This document shows positions 13,380 through 27,069 of a stretch of 64,000 nt of DNA, one piece after another (position 1 is the stretch's first letter; each line of letters begins with the position of its first letter). The DNA comes from Amphiscolops sp. MND2022 (lineage: Eukaryota). The stretch lies in the NCBI GenBank assembly GCA_964187785.1, contig OZ076409.1, forward strand, positions 39,868,001 to 39,932,000. Reading direction: 5' to 3'. Position numbers and translations under genes: made by a program. The notes beneath the pieces are model-generated. The model was given only the letters and a program-made list of their open reading frames with translations. It did no database searches and was not told the origin of the DNA.

Positions 13380-14101
13380 GAAAAAATCTCGACTACTTGT
13401 GTAATCGTGTCGTTTTTTTTTCTCCCGACTTTTCATGAAAATTTCTCAAAAACTCTTCATACGATTTTCATAAAGTTTTGCGCAGTCATTCTACACCCAA
13501 AGGGGCCCCTGCATGCGCAAAGGCATCAAAATCGTATGACTGGAATGTGAGAAATATAGCCAAAATTGCAAAAAAAAACAGCCATTTTTCGACTTTTTTC
13601 GATTTTCTCAAAAACTCCATACGATTCGAACGAATTTTTATACAGTCATTCTACACCATATTAGAGTCTTATATGTGCAATGGCATCAAAATCGTATGTC
13701 TGGGATGTGAGAAACAGCCAAAATTAGCCCAAAAATGGCCAAAAAACAGTCATTTTTCAATTTTTTTTTCGATTTCCTCAGAAATTGTCAATACGATTTG
13801 AACGAAATTTTGTACGGTAATTTTACACCATATTATGGTCCTTTGTGTGTAATTTCATCAAATGCGTATGGCTGGGATGTGAGAATTATAGCCAAAATTA
13901 GCCCAAAAATGGCCAAAAACATTTTTTTAGATTTTCGCAAAAAGTGTCCATACGATTCGAACGAAATTTTCTACAGTCATTTTCTACACCATAATATGGT
14001 CCTATATGTGCAAGCTCATTAAATTCGTATGACTGGGGTTCGAGCGAGTCAGAAGGAAAAAGACCTAAGCCGACTCCTTAACCGCATATGCGGCTCTGGT
14101 T
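13380..14101 (+). repeat. Interspersed element carrying ~4 tandem units of ~160-175 bp
   Basis: CAGTCATTCTACACC..GGCATCAAAATCGTATG..GCCAAAATTAGCCCAAAAATGGCC recurs. Ends with a CCGCATATGCGG hairpin plus CTGGTT. Second copy at ~23150-23620. Confidence 0.75.
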
Positions 14102-15499
14102 GAAATTTATAATAGTTTTCTGAAGCATTAAGAGACTTCCTTTTAGATTTTTTTCGTCTCTGCGAGATGGGGGGACGTCTAAAGTGAACCCCCGCCTAAG
14201 TCTCAAAAAGCACCGAGTCTTTCGATTATGCTGGCTTCCAAAAGAGTTCTGGAAAATCTCAAAATGGAGAAATATTCTGAGGAAGCCAGTTGATTCGAGA
14301 AACGATTTTCTAAACTTGAAACTTCGGAAATGAAGATTTTCCGAAAAGTGATAGTGTTGAGAAAAAGTCGGTACCCTTTAGGCTTGAAAAGTTTTTCCTA
14401 AGACCTAGAAGACCCTTCGGTGAAAGACCTAGCGTGGAATTTTTGGTGAAATGATTTTTTTCGAAAAAAAGTTGCACAGCGCGGAAAAAACATGTACAGA
14501 TTTTTCGACCTGCGATTTTCAAGATCTGCGTCACAAAGTTGAAAAAATTACAAGATGATGTTTTGCCATTTTGCCGGTTTTCCAACCAAAGGATGTTGAG
14601 ATTCTTAAACTTTTGCTTTCAAGAAATTTTGAATTTCCTGAAAACTGCATTTCGACATTTTTAGACAACGGAACCGACTGTCTTTCGTTACCCTGGAGTA
14701 TTTTAGGATTGAAATTCACCTGAACCTACATAGTTTTTGAAAATTTTATTGAGGATTTGATTCAAGATAGCCTAGGCTATTTTGTCGGTAATTTTCATCG
14801 TGGTAGTCAGATTTCGTCCTACTCGCCAACTGCTATTTTAATTGAAGATCTGTTAGGAAAGTTTAAATGGGCTCTTTTCGGTCCCCCTCCACCACTAAAT
14901 TTTTTGAAAGTAAATTTCCTTGAAAATTTCAGATTAGCCTAATTTAAAGTAAATTCTTTTTCAATAACCGGAAGTTAACGAATATTATAATATTTTGTTT
15001 GAACGAAACATTTTTCACACATTTTAATTGTTTGTAATTATTTATGTTCGAATTCACTGTTTGTTGTGACTCAAAACAGGAAACCGTTCAATTTCTCATT
15101 AATACTGCGTGAATTCACAAAATAATGTGAACAAAGTTTTCATCTCAATTCTCAACTGTCACTCTGGAAATAAATATAAAATTGGATTTCTGGTTTGTAA
15201 TCAAGTGTTTTTGTTATATTGTCTCAAGTTTTGGTGGTGGGGGGCAGAAAAGAGCCAAGTCTTCGAACCCTATCATCTTGTTTCGAAAACCTCGGGAGGT
15301 CCTCTGGTTGATTCTGGCCGTTCTCTGCTTTTGATTTCTTTCTGAAATTTACTCTAAAGAAGCTCAAAAAATCTGTAACCTCAATCTCGTTGAGGTCGAT
15401 CTGCAACCTCGAATCATTGAAGTGAACTGGAACCGCCTTTTTATCTTTTCGAATTTCTTCACGAATTTATCTTAGTTGTTAGTATATTTTGGGAGAAGT

Positions 15500-16800
15500 A
15501 TTCAGGCTGCCCTGTGGTGTCAAATATTCGTGTGTTTTAGCAACTTGAAAATTTGTCATTTTTATCAAAATTGGCTTGCTCTGGACTAGCAGTTGTAGTG
15601 CATGCATTGTTTGTGCTACACATTCCTATTTTCTGTTCAACTTGTGTTGATTGTGACCTTCAGTTGAGCCCATTGAAAGTTGCCATTCTCATTGTCGTAT
15701 GTGGTTGCCATTCAATTTGTCTTTTTAACTACTTTTCAATATTTCATGCTTTCCCAGTCTTGTTTGTGATGACGTCATTCTACATGACATAACATGATGT
15801 GCTCGACGAATTGAATGAAAAAAATTCAGTATGAGGAGGCTTTGAATAGGTCTTATTGTGCCGTGATTTTGTGCATGAGGCAATTGGTTGTTGGCGTCTA
15901 CCATGCCTTAATTCAATCATCAGATACTTTGCTACCGTTTGATGATAGACTCAATATGACGTTCCGGGTCGCGCTGATTTAGAGCCACTATTTCTCTTGC
16001 TCCATCCTTCTTGTTCATGCGTGATGCCATTTTTATTCAACAACTACCGGCCACAACTCGACATCTCAATTTCCTCGCTCCCTGCTGTTGGTTTAGTGTA
16101 CAACTGCTTGAAGTTCCGCTCCGTGTATCGACATTTTGTTTGCTTGTCTCGCAATGTGAACATTCTTGAAGTGCGATATTATTTTCCACTTTTTTGGCAA
16201 AAAAATTGTCCCAGTTGAAGTGAATATTCATACCTACGTGCACTACGGTTTCATAAGCGGGGTATATCATCGTTTTATGCTATTGCAGAATAATTGTTAG
16301 TGAACTTCTTTGCTGAAAGTGGGTCACGTCGAAAACATTTATGAAAGCAAATAGTTATTTGGGTTTGTTTGTGTATCATATTGGAAAGAAAAGGCCATTT
16401 ATTATTCTTACAGTGCTTGTGTATTAGTTTATTCGTTATATTTGCCGCTGCCACCATGGTATTGTTGGCTTTTGTGTTTGGTGTGATTGTACTAGATGGT
16501 TGTTGCGTATTCGGTCATATGGTCGAGTGTTCACTAATGGCGGCGGCTATTTAGCGTTGTCTGTATCCTGTTTGTTCCTTATCCTTCGTCTCTTTTCTGT
16601 TGCTTTTTACGTCACAACTACCCAGCAGCAAATCGGTGCCTAACAGCCTCCGAAGTACCACCTAGCATTACCACCACGACACACAAAATTCTCAGGTTGT
16701 CGTTCTCGATACTTTACCTAGCAGAAACACTTACCAAGCCAACAGAGAAAATATGCAACCAAGATCATTCCGTGTTTCTCGACTTATGACCGGCGGTCTA
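15500..16800 (-). mobile_element. Possible decayed CR1/L2-type LINE fragment (ORF1 esterase-like remnants)
   Basis: Minus-strand peptides YETVVHVGMN (HVGTND-like) and HCKNNKWPFLSN. Fragmentary. Confidence 0.25.
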
Positions 16801-19115
16801 ATAGTCAGCGTCTAGTCTACTTTCAGTCTTGGTCTCTGCGAGAGATATATAAACCCTCCATGTCATATACTTGTACCTCTTCGTTGATTTGTAAAGCCCA
16901 TTCCTTTTCTCTATCCCTGCAGCCATCGGCTTCAAATAGCAGAAAAATGCAGCTTTTCATTTCTTTCAAAGACTCTTTCCATAAATGGCTAATAACTTCA
17001 ATTTCGTCGACGAAGCCTTCACACTTTAGTTAACCGTTCAACGTACTTTAACATAAATATCGCAAACTAAGCCCGTCAGGCAATGTCAACTTTATTTTTC
17101 CTCTGTCATATCCCGAAATTTTCCCAAAATTAAAAACCGCAGCAGAGATAGTTTTGCATTGGTTGTCTAAGGACACCGGCCTACATATAGAGAAAGTTGA
17201 TTTGCAGTTATTACGGCTTTTAAAATACAGACTCTTCAGGTAAGCAGTTCATACAGAACAATAGCAACTAATTGCCGCTACCTCCAGTTATCTATTTCAA
17301 AAGACTCTTACCGGTTGTTCGTATTGATTTCAGCATTTATTGTTGCGTGGCGTCTTAACCAGTTGCATCGATTGTGTAACGCTTTTCTGGTTGCCTGCTT
17401 TTGGTTCCTTATCCTTCTTTGCTAATGCCGCACCTAATTTTTTGAATAGTTCCTTTCAGTGTATGCTTCAGTTGAAAGTATTATTTCGAGTGGTTTGCTG
17501 AGTATTAAGCTGCGAAATTCAAGCAATTTAACCCGGCTATCTGAAAATCGCGGAGTGTCTCAAAGTGTCTTTCGGTCTTGAAATTTTGCTGAGCCTTCGC
17601 TGAAAATTAATTCCAATTTTTGTCCTCATTGACCCAGTCTGTCTCCATTTTGGCATAATTCTTACATGGACTTAGAGCTTGAAAAATGCAGATTCCAATG
17701 TTATTATCTAGACCCTTTTTCTGTAATTGGAAGTGGACTGTGTTCTATAATAAAGTTGAATTTTTACTTGTGTTGAATTGAATATTAATTATTTCTCGAT
17801 TTGAATTTCATTTCGAATTTTTTGAAGTCATTCATGAGCTTGACTCATGATATTGGCTTTTAAACCAATTTAATAAAGTCAACATTGATTCATTTGGAGA
17901 TTGTTTTAAAACTGAACTATATTGGTACGTTTGTGTTTTTTTGCTGAAACCTTGTAGAAGCTATTTGATTTTAGCTTGTGAAAAAACACGAAGTGTTTGA
18001 TTTAGTACCATTGTGGTTTCTCGATTAATTAGTCCATCGAAATTTCTGTGCTGTTTTCTGGCGAAGATATGAGGAATCACTAGTGTTTGAATTCAACTCA
18101 ACTGTTACCATTATCAACCTTAACATGTTTCCTTTTTGTTCCAGAGTATTCCATCTATCTTGGATTTCATGTCCTTCTGACAACCCCTAATTATCTCCAC
18201 TCTCTGGTTACAACCGGTCAATGGACAGGGCTTCCTTCGAGTAGAATTTCACAAGTGTGGGACTCAGTGTGGTCGTCAATTTCAGTAAGTTACACCGGAT
18301 TTTATATCGGGGTAGAATATCATTCGACCGCCTTTTTTCTCAGTTCGGCGCGCCCTATCTAAGATTCTGTCAACTTTGACGCCAGTGCTTCAATTTCCTA
18401 ATATGGAGGTGTAAATATGCTTCGCAATATGATTGGCCGGTCATAGAGTTTGTTTATTTTACCCCTAACCGTGCTCTTCTTGCCGAAGTAGTCGGGGATC
18501 GAGTGCAATCGTTTTCTGACAGTAAAAATTTAGTATATTTTTTCAAGCACTTTCGAATCTGAAGTTGATTTCTTTGTATTTATGGGAGGGGATGAAATAT
18601 CCCGGTATTACATGACTTTTTGATCGACTGCGATTTTTTAGTGTTTCCAAAATAATTCATATTGACTCTAATATTTTTTTTGTGAATAAGTGAACTGAAA
18701 AGCATGAATACTCAAAAACGAAATTTGTTTAAAATGTGCTTGTTTAAATTCATTTCTTTCACTACTTTTTGTATCAATATAGGAGGATAGTTTGGGGATG
18801 CTTTCAGTGTACGTAGAGGATGCTCACAAGTCACTAGAAAGATTTTTTTCAACATTTTTAAAGCCAAAACGGTTGACATTATTTTGTGTATTCAGGCATT
18901 AAATTCATGATTTCCTGCATGCTTAAAAACTGCTGAAAAGGTAACAATTTTGATACCAGCTTGAAGTACAGGAAACAAATTTCACACACGATGCTTGAAA
19001 GTTTTTTTTCAAAAATTATTCAATAACTGTCACATTTTTAGTCGACGTTTCATAAAGTGAAACGCGACTATTATAATGACTTTTCAATCCACACGAACTG
19101 ACCAAAATAGTTCTT

Positions 19116-22100
19116 CGAAATTTTATGGTCCCAAATTGGATCATTTGGCCTAGCGAACTGAACCAAAAAAGTTTTTCCTCTTTTTCCGCGCAACATACAA
19201 TACCGGGAGAGACTAAAGGGTCCCCTTTCAGTTTTTTTGTCATCGTGGGTTTTCACGACAAAAAAATTTTCCCCAAAGGGGGTCCCTCTTCAATTTTTTG
19301 ATGTTTTGCGACAGAATGGATGTTGGAAAATCCCAAAGGGTTTTTTTTATAGTTTTTCAGTGGTCTTTTTGAAGCTCTTTCCGAACATGAAACTGCAATT
19401 GATTTTCAAAACTTCTACTCTATCTCGCGTTTGTTTGCTGTTGAATGTTCTCATTCTTCTAGTATAGGAAATTTACGAAATTTCCAAAAAATCGTTTCCG
19501 GAAAAGTTTTGGATTTTCGACTCGTTTGGATCATTGAGATAATCGTGTACCTAGAAAACTACAAAGTTTTCTTTAAAACAAGTACTGCATTTCTTGATGA
19601 AGGATTGTCTGGAGATTTAGGACCATCTAGTGAACGATTTAGAAATATTTCAAAAAATGGATTTTTCACTTATTTCAAGTCGTTGTGACGAACTTCTTAC
19701 ATACAAGTTACTAGATTTCCTCTTTTGAACATTCTGCATGCCTATTTAAAAAGTTTAGATTCATAGAATTTTACAAAATTTTTGTAAATTATTAAAAATT
19801 CTCTAGTTTGTCAAACAACTGCCAAAATTTTTTTCGTTTTTTTTGGGGTCACTTTGAGGCTGTTTTCTAACGTAATGCTGGAATTGACCTTCAAAATGTC
19901 TACTGAATTCCGCATTTGTTCACTATTGAACGTTTTCATTCTTCCAACGCTGGAAACTTCTCAAGTTTAGAACCTTGCATAAGAAACAGTGAAGTTGGAT
20001 TTTTTTCGTTTCCGACTCAGTGTCATTTTTGAAGTGACTTTGAAGCAAAATACTGCAACTCCATTCAAAATGGCATACTGCAGAGCTAGTTTGTTTGTTG
20101 TTCAGTGTTTTGAATTGTCTTAGTCACAAAAATTTTCAAAAGTGGTACTCAAACTGGAGGAAAAACGACAAACTGGAAAGATTTGGGTTTTGATATTTTG
20201 GAGTTATTTTGAGGCAATTTTTTATATTAACATGCCTTTTTTTCAAAATGCCTACTGCACATTATAATCAAATGTTAATGAAACGTTTCAGAATTCTAAT
20301 TTACAAATTTTTTCATAATTTCGGAAAAAAATGCGTTAAAGAATCAAAAATTTCGAAGAAAACTTTAGTTTTTCTGGGGTCTTTTTGAGGCTCTTTCCGA
20401 ACATGAACCTGCAATTGATTTTCAAAAAGTTTACTCTATTTCGCGTTTGTTTGCTGTTGAGTGTTTTTATTCTTCCAATAAAGGAAATTTACGAAATTTC
20501 CAAGAATTCGTTTTTCGGAAAAGTTTGGGATTTTCGACGCTTTTGGGTCATTCTGAAATAATCTTGTCCTTAGAAAACTACAAAAAGTTTTCCTTCAAAA
20601 GAAGTACTACATTGCTTGATGAGAGGATTGTCTGTAGCTTTAGGACCATGTGGTAATTGAAATTTTATAAATATTTCGAAAACAATAATAATGGATTTCC
20701 TACGAAATTTTATGGTCCCAAATTGAATCATTTGGCCTAGCGAACTGAACCAAAAAAGTTTTTCCTCTTTTTCCGCGTATTATACAATCTCGGGAGAGAC
20801 TAAAATGTCCCCCCTTTCAGTTTTTTTGCCATCGTGGATTTTTTTTCTTGACAGAAAAATTCCCCCGAAGGGGGGTCCCTCTGCAGTTTTGATATTTTGC
20901 GAGAGAATGGATGTTGAAAAATCCCAAAGGGATTTTAATAGTTTTTCAGGGGTCTTTTTGAGGCTCTTTCCGAACATGAACCTGCAATTGATTTTCAAAA
21001 AGTCTACTCTATTTTGCATTTGTTTGCTGTTGAGTGTTTTCTTTCTTCCAATAAAGGAAATTTACGAAACTTCCAACAATTCGTTTTTCGGAAAAGTTTG
21101 GATTTCCGACTCATTTGGGTCATTGTGAGATAATCTTGTACCTAGAAAACTACAAAAAGTTTTCCTTCAAAAGAATTACTACATTGCTTGATGAGAGGAT
21201 TGTCTGGAGCTTTAGGACCATCTAGTGAACGGAATATAAATGTTTCAAAAACAAAAAAAATGGATTTTCAACTTTTAGGTCGTTTTTAATATTTCTGCTT
21301 TAGCAGGAATGTTATTGTAACCTCAAAGTTGGTCCTTTTTTTTTTTCAGTCGTCAAATTTCGTCCTACTGAATAATTCAGATATTTTGTTCGGCAGTGAG
21401 TGTAAGCGTGGGAAAGCTGCCGACAACAATTCAATTCTAGTGCGATAGAACGAGCGAGTGGTAATTATCCATTCGTATGCTGACGTCCTTGAGATGAAGC
21501 GAATGAGTGTTAATTATTCGTTCGTTGAGAGCTTCGCCTGCATTCAAATGCGAATGCGAAACTTCGTCTACGCTTAGTTATATTTTCTTTAGTCCGAGAA
21601 GAATTAAAGGCGGTGTAAACTTGTACAGTGATTAATTGTGCTCTAAGTAATGATTAAACAGGAGTGTATTGGTATTCCAGATATGATTCTTTTATTAATG
21701 ATTTTTTGTTTTAAAAAAATAAAGATTAAAGCAGAAATAGTACTGAGCCCCGGAGGGGCCTATTTTGACGAACTTCTTACATACAAATTTGTAGATTTCC
21801 TCTTTACAACATTCTGCATGCCTATTTAAAAAATTTAGGTTTATAGATTTTTACAAAATTTTGGTAAATTATCAATAATTGACCAGTTTGTCAAAAAACT
21901 GCCAAAATTTGTTTTTTTTCCGACTTTTTCGTGTCACTTTGAGGCTGTTTTCTAACCTAAAGCTGGAATTGACCTTGGTTCGCTATTGAACGTTTTCATT
22001 CTTTCAAAGATGTAAATTTCTCAAAAAATCTAGAACCGTACATAAACGTTGAATTTGGATTTTTTTCATTTCTGGCTCAGTGTCATTTTTGAAGTGATTT

Positions 22101-22720
22101 TGAAGCAAAATACTGCAACTCTATTCAAAATAGCATACTGCAGAGCTAGTTTGTTCGTTGTCCAGTGTTTTGAATTATTTTAGTCACAGAAGATTTCAAA
22201 AATAGTACAGAAACTGAAGGATAAACGACAAACTGGAAAGATTTGGGTTTTGATATTTTGGGGTGAAATTGAGGCATTCTTCTTATATTAACTTGCCTAC
22301 TGCATATTTTCAAAAAGCCTACTGCACATTACAATCAAATGTTAATGAAACGTTTCAGAATTCTGATCTACAAATCCTTTCAAAATTTTAAAAAAATTGC
22401 GTTAAAAAATCAAATTTCGAAAAAAAACTTCAGCTTTTCTGGGGTCTTTTTGATGCTCTTTCCGAATATGAAACTGTAATTTGTTTTCAAAAAGTGTACT
22501 CTTTTTCGCGTTTGTTTGCTAATGATTGTATTCATTCTTCTTATCTAGGAAGTTTACGAAACTTCCAACAATTCGTTTTTCGGAAAAGTTTTGGATTTTC
22601 GACTCATTTGGGTCATTCTGAGATAATGTTGTACCTAGAAAACTACAAATTTTCCTTGAAAGACGTACTGCATTGTTTGATGAAAGGATTGCCTGGAGCT
22701 TGAAGACCATCTAGTTAACG
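19116..22720 (+). repeat. Tandem duplication of a ~1.6-kb composite repeat unit (19116-20700 and 20703-22720), each unit with internal ~340-bp repeats
   Basis: Both units begin CGAAATTTTATGGTCCCAAATTG. 19690-20370 aligns to 21767-22430. The TTTCCGAACATGAA..TTAGGACCAT block occurs four times. Confidence 0.85.
21285..21764 (+). mobile_element. HINE-like element, family 2 (young insertion into a TT site)
   Basis: 5' AATATTTCTGCTTTAGCAGGAAT (subTIR plus inverted repeat); 3' TAAAGCAGAAATAGTA subTIR, GCCCC-GGA-GGGGC hairpin and CTATT. Paralogous empty site GTCGTTGTGACGAAC at ~19679-19693. Confidence 0.8.
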
Positions 22721-23149
22721 AAAAGTTTCTCAAACAAGCGGTAAAACTGTCAATAGTAAACTTTTGACTTTTTATTCCTTTCCCGTTGATATTGAGACAT
22801 TTTCCAAACAAATCAGCAAATACCTTCCACAAAAGCCACCTGGATATAGACTGCGTTTGTTGAACAATTCTATTATTGTAACCCCCGAAACGTTTCGTTT
22901 TACAGACTGCACAAAAACGTTTAAAATTTCAAATTTTCTTTCCGACCTACTTGTCGTTTGAAAGTATTTCTGATGTAAAAAACGTTTCCATTCAAAAAAG
23001 AAACCACTTACTTGACTCTTTCGCCTTTGTTTGGTTTGAATTTTCTAATTCACAAAAATTTTGATCAATTGTACTCAAATATGACTTGAAGAAACTGATA
23101 ATTTTTGGACTTTTCGACAATTTTTGTGTCGAAATAAAGCACATTTTTA

Positions 23150-23620
23150 GGAGTCGGAAACAATTTTCGACTACTTATGCAAACGTGTCGTTTTTTTCTG
23201 CTGACCGTTTCATGAAAATTTCTTATTTCTCAAAAACTCCATACGATTTTCAGAAATTGTGAGAACGACTGGAATGCGAGAAAAATAGCCAAAATTAGCC
23301 CAAAAATGGCCAAAATTAGCCCGAAAACAGCCATTTTTCGACTTTTTTCGATTTTCTCAAACTGTCCATACGATTCGAACGAAATTTTCTACAGTCATTC
23401 TACACCATATTAGAGTCCTAGATGTGCAATGGCATCAAAATTGTATGGCTGGGATGTGAGAAACATAGCCAAAATTAGCCCAAAAATGGCCAAAAAACAG
23501 CCATTTTTCGACTTTTTTCATTTTCCCAAAAACTGTCCCCACGATTCGAACAAAATTTTGTTCAGTCCTTCTACACCATATTAGGGTCCTTTGTGTACAA
23601 TTTCATCAAATTCGTATTTT
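23150..23620 (+). repeat. Second, partial copy of the ~165-bp tandem-unit element
   Basis: Same units as 13380-14101. Confidence 0.75.
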
Positions 23621-25327
23621 GGTGTCATTTTGACAATTTTTTTTGCAAAACTGCATTTATCTGCCCAAACAACCCTATTGGACAACGAATTCGTTCTTTG
23701 TTGAACGTTTGCAACCTTCTGAGTCATGAAAGCTCTTTAAAGTTCGACAAAAGTTGTATAACGTGAAAATTGGTTTATTTTGGAGTTTTGGTCGCAATTT
23801 GAGTTTTTTTTCTTGAAGAAACTGTGTTCATTTCTTAACAAAAGCCTCCCGGGCAAAAAATTCTTTCCTTGTTGAACGTCTTTAAATTTCTAAGCCACCA
23901 AGTCTTTCGAAAAAATGCATGAAAACTTTCAAATTTTGAATCTTTTGATTCTGTCAATTTCGCTCTGAATTTTAGGCATTTTTTTCGAAACAAATTGCTT
24001 TTGTCTCTTCGAAGGTGCCTCTTGGAAAACGAATTTTTTCCCCGGTGAACGTTTTTAACTTTCTAAGCTAGCAAGTGTATCAAGAATTTGACAAAAATTG
24101 CATAAAAACGTTAGAAATCGGAAAATTTTGCAGTTTAGTTTTTTTGGGGGTATTTTTGGGTAATTCTTCGGGGTTAACCAAAAAAGTCTAAAAATCTCTA
24201 CAAATACATACTGCATGATACTAATTTTACTTCAGTTGAATTCTATGAGTGAAACTCTTTAACTTGGATATAAGTTGGGTGCTTGGCAAATTTTGCTAAA
24301 AACCGTTTAATTTAAATATTTTCTTTTTCCATATGACATATGGACGAAAAATAATTATAGATGAATTTTTTGTTGTTTACATGGTCGCCAATACATGCGA
24401 GGTGAATGGATTTCCGGAAAACGCATGTACTCAAAAGACTATATACGACTTCAAAAAAACGTAAGATACCGGGAACATCATAAGTCGGTGTCCCACTTAA
24501 AGCTCGATAAGAGCAAAAGTACTTCAAAGCATCAAGGAATCTTTAGTGAAAAATTTTCAATCTCGTAGTGCCGAAAATCCAATAGGTGGACCCTTTAGGT
24601 TTAAAAGTTTCCGCTTTTTCTTACCGGAAATACGAAAAACCAAAGCTTTTTCCTGTTTTATCACTACAAACATGAGAGCCGAAGTGAGAACCTTTTGTGA
24701 AATATGAAAAAAAAACTATGAGGTGCCCTTTTGGGTAATTGATTTTTTTTCGAAAAGCCGCACAGTTCCGAAAATAACCCCTAAATTCTTTGACACTCAT
24801 CGAAAATAACACTCAAAACACACTGATCGGCATCAATTGGTGCCCCGCTCAAGGCACGAAAAAAACAATCTCTTGAATATGCTGAGGTGTAGTTTTCACG
24901 AAAACCCGAGTGGATTGAAAAAAAAAACGAAAAGCCTTTACAAAAGTTGGGCTGTTCTATATTGGGGCGACTAATTAACAACCAGAAAATTATTTTCAAG
25001 CCATTCAAACAACAGTAGCTGTAATCTGAAAGCCAACTCTGTCTTGATATAAATCATACCACTATATATACTGATATACTACTAGATTCAAACTTCGTCA
25101 ATAGTGTTCGCTGGAACATTGAACAAACATCGTTGAGAACGCTGTGAATTTCTGAATCTTGTTTTCCATGAAAATGGTTATTTTTGGTTGTTTTTGAAGT
25201 CCCATTTGTTTTCCGCGGAGCTAAAAATGTAAATCACTAATCCAGTCATCTTACTGGGTCCTGGAGGTCCAAGGTTGGCAACTTCCGAGTTGTACTTACT
25301 TTACCCATTGATTCGTAGAAGTGTGGA

Positions 25328-25613
25328 ATGAGTTTGCGATCGACAGGAAGTACCTTATCATACAAATCGCAGCAGTCGTCGACTCTCTCTCACATCAAGA
25401 CCAGCAATGAGAAGTTGCCGACGGTGACGTTCGTCAAATCCAACCATATCCATTATGACCCTCCCGATAAAATTGGCATCAACTACATCCAACTGAAGAT
25501 ATCACAGCTCTACTCTGACCATGAAGTGAGGACTGCCACCTCATACAGCTACATAGTCAGAGTTGAGTGCAATCGCCCAGACAATGTATGGATCATGCGG
25601 AGGAATGTGGCCG
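25328..25613 (+). CDS. ARHGAP32/33: PX-SH3-RhoGAP protein (ARHGAP32/33-like), first recognisable coding exon (start of PX-like domain)
   Basis: HIHYD..YIVRVECNRPDNVWIMRRNVA matches the PX N-terminus of the family. Donor G|GTGAGT at 25613/4 (phase 1). An acceptor at 25318 allows a further upstream exon. Confidence 0.8.
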
Positions 25614-25734
25614 GTGAGTCTCTCAAACGCTCACTGTTTTGTATTACAATTGCAATCTGTATAAACGCATGTTATCGAGAGAGAAAACCACATGCCATCT
25701 GCTGCTAGCAATAAAAACGGGAGTATGTGTAGGT

Positions 25735-26846
25735 AACAAGACGGGACTGTCTAAAATTGGCGCCCCGCCTAAAGCTCTAAAAGCGCAGTCGCAAAAATGG
25801 TCGGGTGGCTCTTGAGAAATTTTCATCACTTTCAGACTGAAAAAAAAGGCGACTATCTGAAGGGGCGACCTGCGGCCTCGAAAACGCTTTTCTCTCAAAA
25901 ATAAACCCCAAATTGACAGTTTTTTTAAAAGTCGCATGAAAAAAACAAATGATGGGAGGCATTGAGGCTTGAAAAACGTCTTTTTGGAAGTTGAAATCGG
26001 AAAAGCGAAGGGTGACGCTTTGGTGAAATATTTTTTTTCGAAAAATTGAACAGTGTCGAAAAAACCAAAAGGATGGAGGGGACACTTTGACACGTCAAGG
26101 TTTGCTAATAAAGATATTTAGTCCTCGGCAGGCATCGAAATGACGGCCGTCTGTTTGGGAAGCGCCTATCCTAACTATTGGCGGCGTGAACAAACTCTCG
26201 AACATTCGAATACATTGTGGCCTGACGAAATTGAAACAAGGCGGAAATGTCTAAAGTCGGCGCTATATCTAAGGCTCAAAAAGCGCAAAGGCTTTTTGAA
26301 AATCCAGTTTGTTGCAAAATATCAAAACAATTTAAAGGGGGACCCTTTGGAGGCATTTAAAAAAATTGAAAAGTTTTTTGGAAAAATTTTCGAAAAAAAA
26401 ACGAAAAATAGATTTTTGAAACAGTCTCATAGTGCCAAAAAACTTGAAAGGGGAGACCCTTTGGGCTTTTTGAAACTTCAGTTTGCTGCAAAATATCAAA
26501 AAACTTCAAGGGGGGATCCTTTGGCGACAAAAAATTTCGAAAGTCGCACAGTGCCGGAAAAAAATTCAAAGGGGGACCCTATAGTCTCGTCCGGTTTTGT
26601 ATATTACGTTAAAAAGGGGGTAAATTAAAGGGGGACCCTTTGCGCTAACTTAGATGCGTTTCCGTTTGCCGGTCCAGTAGTTTAGTAGTTCTGTAAAAAG
26701 TGTCCACTTCGCATACATTCTGTTATCCGACGGAAAAAAACCTTGCCACTGTAATAGTCGGGCTCATTTTGTTAAAATGTGCCGACTAAAAAAATAGTCA
26801 CTTGATTAGTCGCGAACATTTCCTACAAACTAAGCACCGACTGAAA
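25735..26846 (-). mobile_element. Older HINE family 1 copy containing a nested younger copy (26234-26790)
   Basis: Two 3' ends (AACAAGACGGG.. at 25735; AAACAAGGCGG..AGTCGGCGC at 26234) and two 5' hairpin ends (26747-26790; ~26800-26846). Confidence 0.7.
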
Positions 26847-27069
26847 ACATATAGAATGGCGGCTCCACTTGATAAGGGCTTCTAAATGTTAGAATCAGCG
26901 AAAATAAGGCTTGTACACCAGGGGGGCTGAAACACTATGTCGGGCAATCAAGTCCCATGTGTGGCCTCATTATGCAGACACAATTTTGCTCGACATTTTT
27001 CAAGGGCTGTGATGTTCTTTCAAGATAGGTACGTCTTGTGAAAATTTCTTGTGTCGTAAAACAAAACTT

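Noticed and set aside
26140..26628. 162-aa ORF and similar K/F-rich ORFs (7430-7864, 30122-30400, 32834-33352)
   Set aside because: They lie wholly in HINE repeats, and the low-complexity translation comes from A/T runs
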